Source: Bacteroidota bacterium
GTDB lineage: Bacteria > Bacteroidota > Bacteroidia > Bacteroidales > CG2-30-32-10
Assembly: GCA_013334735.1 (NCBI GenBank)
Contig: JAAXXA010000002.1
Location: 1 to 35,543 of the forward strand
Length of the DNA stretch: 35,543 nt
Direction of reading: 5' to 3'
Positions within the stretch are counted from its first letter, which is position 1; the number at the start of each line of letters is the position of its first letter. Shown in pieces: positions 31,087-35,543 of the stretch. The notes beneath the pieces are model-generated. The model saw nothing but the letters and a program-made list of their open reading frames with translations. It was not told where the DNA came from and did no database searches. A program made the position numbers and the translations under genes.

Positions 31087-31598
31087 GGTAAAGGTATTTC
31101 TTGAGTTATCAATATTCTTGCTTTTCTTTCACATTCCTGTGCATTCTCTTCTTCTAAATCATGCTCTTCATCATGAGTTAAATGATAGCATTCATGCATA
31201 ATTGTAACAGCTATATTATCATAACTTACATCTTCTATATAGTTTTTCATAAAGTAACTATCATCCATATTAAATACAAAATAAATAGTATTTTTTCTAG
31301 AATCATCAATATGAGAATCATTAACATAAGCTATAGCTCTCTTGCATATTCCAACTGGATAATAATCAATCTCTATTCTATTTACTTTTGCTAGTCTCAA
31401 TATTTTAATCATGTTTAAATAATTCAGTTTTTCTAACGCAATATAAATCTTAGTAGCAAACTTCTTGGGCGCAGTTACTTTCACACCATAAATCTTAAAC
31501 GTCACTTCTGTATATGGCGCAACCTGATCGTAAGCAGCCGAATGAACAAAAGAAAAAATAAAGAAGATCAATAAAACAACTAAAATAAATCGTTTCAT
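31083..31598 (-). CDS. Secreted HExxH protein (putative zinc metalloprotease), 171 aa
   Basis: It has an N-terminal signal-like MKRFILVVLLIFFIFSFVHSAAY, the HExxH motif in IMHECYHLTHDEEHD, and an AGGAGG RBS. Confidence 0.6.
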   Translation of the reverse strand: MKRFILVVLLIFFIFSFVHSAAYDQVAPYTEVTFKIYGVKVTAPKKFATKIYIALEKLNYLNMIKILRLAKVNRIEIDYYPVGICKRAIAYVNDSHIDDSRKNTIYFVFNMDDSYFMKNYIEDVSYDNIAVTIMHECYHLTHDEEHDLEEENAQECERKARILITQEIPLP

Positions 31599-31623
31599 AA
31601 ATTTCCTCCTCTTAAATATACTG

Positions 31624-31692
31624 ATTATATATTATTCATTATTGATTTGTCAATCTGCTAACAGTCGGAATTTTATCCTACTTATAGTCGGA
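31624..31692 (-). promoter_or_regulatory. Leftward promoter P_C: two TCCGACT elements + TTGACA-18-TATAAT
   Basis: The -35 is at 31653..31648 and the -10 at 31629..31624. The elements lie at 31663-31669 and 31686-31692. Confidence 0.6.
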
Positions 31693-31890
31693 TTATATTT
31701 TTGTTTGCCTGATTGTTATTTCTATTTTTGTATTGTTTAATACGCAGTGTAACTCACTATAAGAAAAATTTTTCGCAATTATTTCTTTATCTATTTCAGA
31801 TACAAACAATGTTCCGTCTTCTTCTATTTTATCAATATTAAATAATTCGCTAAATGTGGCAAGCCATGTTTTTCCGCTAACAAATTCCAT
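31693..31890 (-). CDS. Hypothetical 65-aa protein
   Basis: GGAGG RBS. It overlaps the end of the SDR gene. Confidence 0.6.
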   Translation of the reverse strand: MEFVSGKTWLATFSELFNIDKIEEDGTLFVSEIDKEIIAKNFSYSELHCVLNNTKIEITIRQTKI

Positions 31891-32656
31891 TTAGTTTCCT
31901 CCATTCTTTGTATTCATAAATTATATTTCGCATTTCATACGCATTATCTACATTATCGTCCTTAAATTTGTTTATAATACCAAAATAATCTAATAAATGA
32001 TGTAACTTTATTGGCCCAACGTTATTTTTTAAATCAAAATAAGTATTTAATTGTGTTTCTAATATTTCATAACTTATTAAAAAATGTCTTATTATATCAT
32101 ATAGTATACGTGGAGTAATGTAATATAACTTTTTATTCTCTCTAGTCGTGATATTAAACTCATCCCCATCTTTAATATGTTTCAATATATTGCTCATTAA
32201 GAATCCACTATCTAAATTTATCCATCTGCTAAAATAGGCTGGTATTCTGAGATCAATAATATTTAATTCCGGCAATAATCTGTGTTTCATTTCTAAGTAT
32301 TGTTTATTAATTTTATAATGATGCTGCCTATCTCCATATCGTATGTCTTTAGTTACAATCCAGCTACTCATATTGATATAAATAGGTTTTGTTTTATGTT
32401 TTAAATAATCAATAATTATATTGTCAATATAATTATAATCCCATAAATCCTGATAATCGATCGTTGATATTTTAGAAGCGGTTCCTTTCCCGACGCAATT
32501 GATTATTATATTAGGGTTTATTTTGTATAAATAATATTGCCATTCACTATCTCTGCATGATAAAGTGCTTAATTGAATATCTTTATCCTGTTCAAAATAG
32601 TATATCAAACCTTTAGCAATATGGCTAGTGCTACCTAATATCAATACTTTTTTCAT
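31877..32656 (-). CDS. SDR-like NAD(P)-dependent sugar reductase or epimerase (259 aa)
   Basis: It has a Rossmann-like N-terminus KKVLILGSTSHIAKG and a YxxxK (YKINK). The sugar-operon context supports the call. Confidence 0.5.
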   Translation of the reverse strand: MKKVLILGSTSHIAKGLIYYFEQDKDIQLSTLSCRDSEWQYYLYKINPNIIINCVGKGTASKISTIDYQDLWDYNYIDNIIIDYLKHKTKPIYINMSSWIVTKDIRYGDRQHHYKINKQYLEMKHRLLPELNIIDLRIPAYFSRWINLDSGFLMSNILKHIKDGDEFNITTRENKKLYYITPRILYDIIRHFLISYEILETQLNTYFDLKNNVGPIKLHHLLDYFGIINKFKDDNVDNAYEMRNIIYEYKEWRKLNGIC

Positions 32657-32657
32657 G

Positions 32658-32981
32658 TTAATCTTTGCTTGTTTCTATAACTTTGTTAATACCATATTCT
32701 ATTATATTATATCCGGTGCGATATATTTTTCCGTGTTCACTATTTTTATAAAATTTTTCATCTGGTAATTTATCTATAGTTGCCTTTTTCCATTTTTCAT
32801 ATTCTTCCCAATCACAAGATAAATAAGTTGTTCCATCAGATCGGGTTAGTATTCTATTTCCACTAGAAATAGCTTTTTTTTTCAAATAATTAACAATTGC
32901 TTTTAAAGCGTTTTCTTTTGTGTCAGACATAACATGATAAGATAATCCATAATCATTGTATTCAAAAGAATATAATTTCAT
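32658..32981 (-). CDS. Hypothetical 107-aa protein in the sugar operon
   Basis: ATGA overlap with the rfbH-like stop. No motif. Confidence 0.7.
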   Translation of the reverse strand: MKLYSFEYNDYGLSYHVMSDTKENALKAIVNYLKKKAISSGNRILTRSDGTTYLSCDWEEYEKWKKATIDKLPDEKFYKNSEHGKIYRTGYNIIEYGINKVIETSKD

Positions 32982-34174
32982 ACAAAATACTCCTCAATAG
33001 TTTTTACAATATAGTCTATTTCCTTCTTTCCAATGCCTGGATGGCAGCCTATCCACAATGTATTTTCAGATACATAATCAGCTATTGGATAATCCTGTTT
33101 ATCGCTATAAGAAAGATAGGCTGGATGCTTAGTAAAGTTACCAGCAAATAGAGGGCGTGTAGCTATTCCTTTTGATTCTAAATAATCAACAAATTGTTTT
33201 CTTCTGTTTTTATTAGAGAGTGTCATGGGGAATCCAAACCATGAAGGAATAGAATCTTTTTCAAATCCATGGAGTTTTAAATCTTTTATGTGTTTTAATT
33301 TCCCAAACAATGTAGAGTTATTCAATACTCTTTTTACTACAAACTTATCTAATCTTTTAAATTGAGCCACACCAATAGAAGCGCATAATTCAGGCATTTT
33401 TAGATTGTATCCAATATGTTCTACCACTGACTTGTGATCATAGCCAAAAGGAAGCTTTCCATATTTCTGAGAGAATCTTTTTCCGCAAAGATTATCTTTA
33501 TTTGGAGGACAAACACAAGCCCTTCCCCAGTTACAATAAGACTGGATAATATTATATAACTCAGTATCATTAGTACAGACCGCCCCTCCCTCGCCTGTAG
33601 TAATGTGATGAGCTGGATAAAAACTTAGTGTTGATATGTGTCCGAATGAACCTGTCTTTTTTTCTTTATACACACTTCCTAAAGCGTCGCAGTTGTCTTC
33701 AATCAACCATAGCTTATGCTTCTTGCAGATAGCCATAATCTTTGTCATGTTGCACGGATTCCCAAGTGTATGCACTATGAATATTGCCTTAGTCTTTTTA
33801 GTTATTTTAGATTCTATTTGATTCTCGTCAATATTAAGTGTATCCAATTTGATATCTACAAACACAGGCACTAGGTTGTTTTGTAATATTGGGTTTAAAG
33901 TAGTAGGAAATCCGCATATAGAAGTAATAACTTCATCTCCAGCTTTAATATGGTTCTTGAGATTTGGAGAAGTTAATGCTGTCATTGCTAACAAGTTAGC
34001 TGAAGACCCTGAATTACAAAGAGCAGTATGTTTTACTCCAAGATATTCTGATAATAGTTTAGGAAGTATTCTTGTGTTTTTCCCTGCCGCATAATCGCCT
34101 TTAAATACTGCTTTAATAAGCGTCCATATTTCTGGAAGTCCTGTGATAGCTTTTCCTGTTGTAATTCGTTTCAT
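32978..34174 (-). CDS. rfbH: RfbH/DdhC (E1)-type PMP-dependent CDP-4-keto-6-deoxyglucose 3-dehydratase
   Basis: Several blocks match Salmonella RfbH as I recall it: SGSSANLLAMTALTSP, GDEVITSICGFPTTLNP, SFYPAHHITTGEGGAV (His in place of the PLP Lys), NWGRACVCPPNKDNLCGKRF (Fe-S Cys cluster), GYDHK, PSWFGFPMTL. Confidence 0.9.
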   Translation of the reverse strand: MKRITTGKAITGLPEIWTLIKAVFKGDYAAGKNTRILPKLLSEYLGVKHTALCNSGSSANLLAMTALTSPNLKNHIKAGDEVITSICGFPTTLNPILQNNLVPVFVDIKLDTLNIDENQIESKITKKTKAIFIVHTLGNPCNMTKIMAICKKHKLWLIEDNCDALGSVYKEKKTGSFGHISTLSFYPAHHITTGEGGAVCTNDTELYNIIQSYCNWGRACVCPPNKDNLCGKRFSQKYGKLPFGYDHKSVVEHIGYNLKMPELCASIGVAQFKRLDKFVVKRVLNNSTLFGKLKHIKDLKLHGFEKDSIPSWFGFPMTLSNKNRRKQFVDYLESKGIATRPLFAGNFTKHPAYLSYSDKQDYPIADYVSENTLWIGCHPGIGKKEIDYIVKTIEEYFV

Positions 34175-34177
34175 TAG

Positions 34178-34891
34178 TTACTCCTTATAATTATCAATAT
34201 AACTTTTTAGTTTTGACACTTCTAAATCTCTCAGTCCTTGTGTGCCTTGATAAACAGCTTGATCGTAAGCGAACCAATTATTCATCTCATCTATAATCAA
34301 TTGATCAGGTTCTACTTTCATAAGCACAGGGCTGGAATGTTCAACCTCTATTTCTTTCAAGTATTCAGTTTTTCCAAGCTTTGAAAATACATAGTATATC
34401 CAGTTGTCAGAGAAGTAATGCTTTAACATATGACACGAATAATTTCTTGTTACCTGCAAGTAATTTTTATGAACTATATAATGACGAGGCAATGTTTCAC
34501 TTCCGGCTCCATCATTAATCCACCTACAAAATATTTTATCTTTTGTGTCTGACTTGAATTTATCTATAATAATCTTATCCCAATCTTTTGTTTTAAATTC
34601 AAGATCATTTGACACAGCAAATAACAATTCATTGTTTGCCATCTGCCCTAAGTAATTAAACTTATCATTGAGATGGTACGGACGTTTAAATTGGTGTAAT
34701 TGATAATCCAATTCTAAATCATTGACGTCTAACTTTTGAAAGAATTCATACAACTGGTCTTCTTCATCTACGTCATAGCCAAACACTATTTCAATATTTT
34801 CTGGATCGTTAACAGTATCAATAATAGATTGCAAACACTTTTTTAGTTTCTCAAGTCGTCCTCTTGTAGCTAGCAATAATGATATCTTCAT
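34178..34891 (-). CDS. Putative GT-A/GT2-like glycosyltransferase (start moved to MKISLLL)
   Basis: AAGGAGG lies upstream of the ATG at 34891. The N-terminus MKISLLLATRGRLEKLKKCLQSIIDT...IEIVFGYDVDEED fits the GT2-like layout. Confidence 0.45.
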   Translation of the reverse strand: MKISLLLATRGRLEKLKKCLQSIIDTVNDPENIEIVFGYDVDEEDQLYEFFQKLDVNDLELDYQLHQFKRPYHLNDKFNYLGQMANNELLFAVSNDLEFKTKDWDKIIIDKFKSDTKDKIFCRWINDGAGSETLPRHYIVHKNYLQVTRNYSCHMLKHYFSDNWIYYVFSKLGKTEYLKEIEVEHSSPVLMKVEPDQLIIDEMNNWFAYDQAVYQGTQGLRDLEVSKLKSYIDNYKE

Positions 34892-34901
34892 GTTTCCTCC
34901 T

Positions 34902-35486
34902 TTATAAACTTGGCAATAATACTTGGTTAGGATCACACATTACTTCGCATATACATGGATTTTTACTATTAATTATTTCATCCAAGCGTTTATCAATTAA
35001 TCCTATATCATCAATTAAATCCCATCGAATGTCATAAGCTTCTGAAAGTGATAATAAATAAGGAAATTTAAAATCAGTTCCATTCCTTGCGCCATTAAAA
35101 AACTTATTGCTTGTGTTTTTTATAGTGAGATACCCGCCATTATTAATCACAAATAGTTTAACATTGAGATTATAATTTCTTATAGTAATCAATTCCTGTA
35201 TGTTAAATTGAAAACTTCCATCACCTGTTAATCCTATCACTGGCCTGTTATCAGCAACAGCCGCTCCCACACAAGCAGGCAATGTAAATCCCATCTCTGC
35301 CTGACTGCTTGTGATATATCTCATTCCTTCTTTAAGCTTTAATGCTTGAGGACAAGCAAAAAATACTGAGCCAGCGTCTGCTATAACTACTGCGTTATCT
35401 GGAAGATGGTCTGATAGCTTTTCTAAAAAATAATAAAGATTAATATTATTATCTGAATTAATTAAATGAGATTGAATTTCCATCAT
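34902..35486 (-). CDS. Thiamine-diphosphate-binding (PP) domain protein, acetolactate-synthase/YerE-like C-terminal module only
   Basis: GLTGDGSFQFNIQELITIRNYNLNVKLFVINNGGY is the ThDP-binding GDG...NN motif. At 194 aa it is only the C-terminal third of a full-length enzyme. Confidence 0.85.
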   Translation of the reverse strand: MMEIQSHLINSDNNINLYYFLEKLSDHLPDNAVVIADAGSVFFACPQALKLKEGMRYITSSQAEMGFTLPACVGAAVADNRPVIGLTGDGSFQFNIQELITIRNYNLNVKLFVINNGGYLTIKNTSNKFFNGARNGTDFKFPYLLSLSEAYDIRWDLIDDIGLIDKRLDEIINSKNPCICEVMCDPNQVLLPSL

Positions 35487-35543
35487 TTTATATTCCGCCC
35501 TATAAACTTTACATTTTTTAATCCATTAATTCTTCAAATGAAT

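Noticed and set aside
1-35543. Alternative genetic code or stop-codon reassignment
   Set aside because: All large genes are uninterrupted under the standard code and end at ordinary stops followed by RBS-spaced starts. The single in-frame TAA near 35526 is insufficient evidence.
1-35543. Integrase, att site, CI-like repressor, polymerase, RNAP or CRISPR/defence cassettes
   Set aside because: Nothing I could recognise in the translations matches these. Their absence from this window does not exclude them elsewhere in the genome.

Overview
This window is an AT-rich segment of a tailed dsDNA phage or prophage. The host uses strong Shine-Dalgarno sites and near-consensus TTGACA/TATAAT promoters. 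There are three transcription blocks. (1) A leftward early block (137-4594, minus) of small proteins: an ERF-like annealing protein, zinc ribbons, an RHH regulator and a very acidic first gene. These are separated by GC-rich structured RNA islands. (2) A long rightward late block (5483-30319, plus) in podovirus/T7-like order: TerS, TerL, portal, scaffold, major capsid, a Ser/Thr/Asn/Ala-rich protein, two glycosyltransferases (one with the GT10 fucosyltransferase motif), an adaptor-like protein, a 1541-aa tail protein, Q/N-rich and 1250-aa putative internal virion proteins, a fibre-like protein and a lysis region. (3) A leftward accessory block (30306-35543, minus): a Rha/KilAC antirepressor, a secreted HExxH protein and a sugar operon (RfbH-type 3-dehydratase, ThDP enzyme, SDR, glycosyltransferase). 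No integrase, polymerase, CRISPR or canonical tRNA was seen. The observations most worth follow-up are: an anticodon-less tRNA mimic inside a terminator-bounded non-coding unit (443-892); two promoter-leader-terminator units whose terminators are complementary to an upstream leader segment; three minus-strand promoters sharing a TCCGACT upstream element, one of them firing antisense toward the end of the late operon; glycosyltransferases embedded in the capsid module together with a branched dideoxy-sugar pathway; two fully overlapping ORFs sharing one RBS in the lysis region; and an (ACCNCG)n array at the left edge. All functional calls rest on motifs recalled from memory and on gene order. 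No searches were run.
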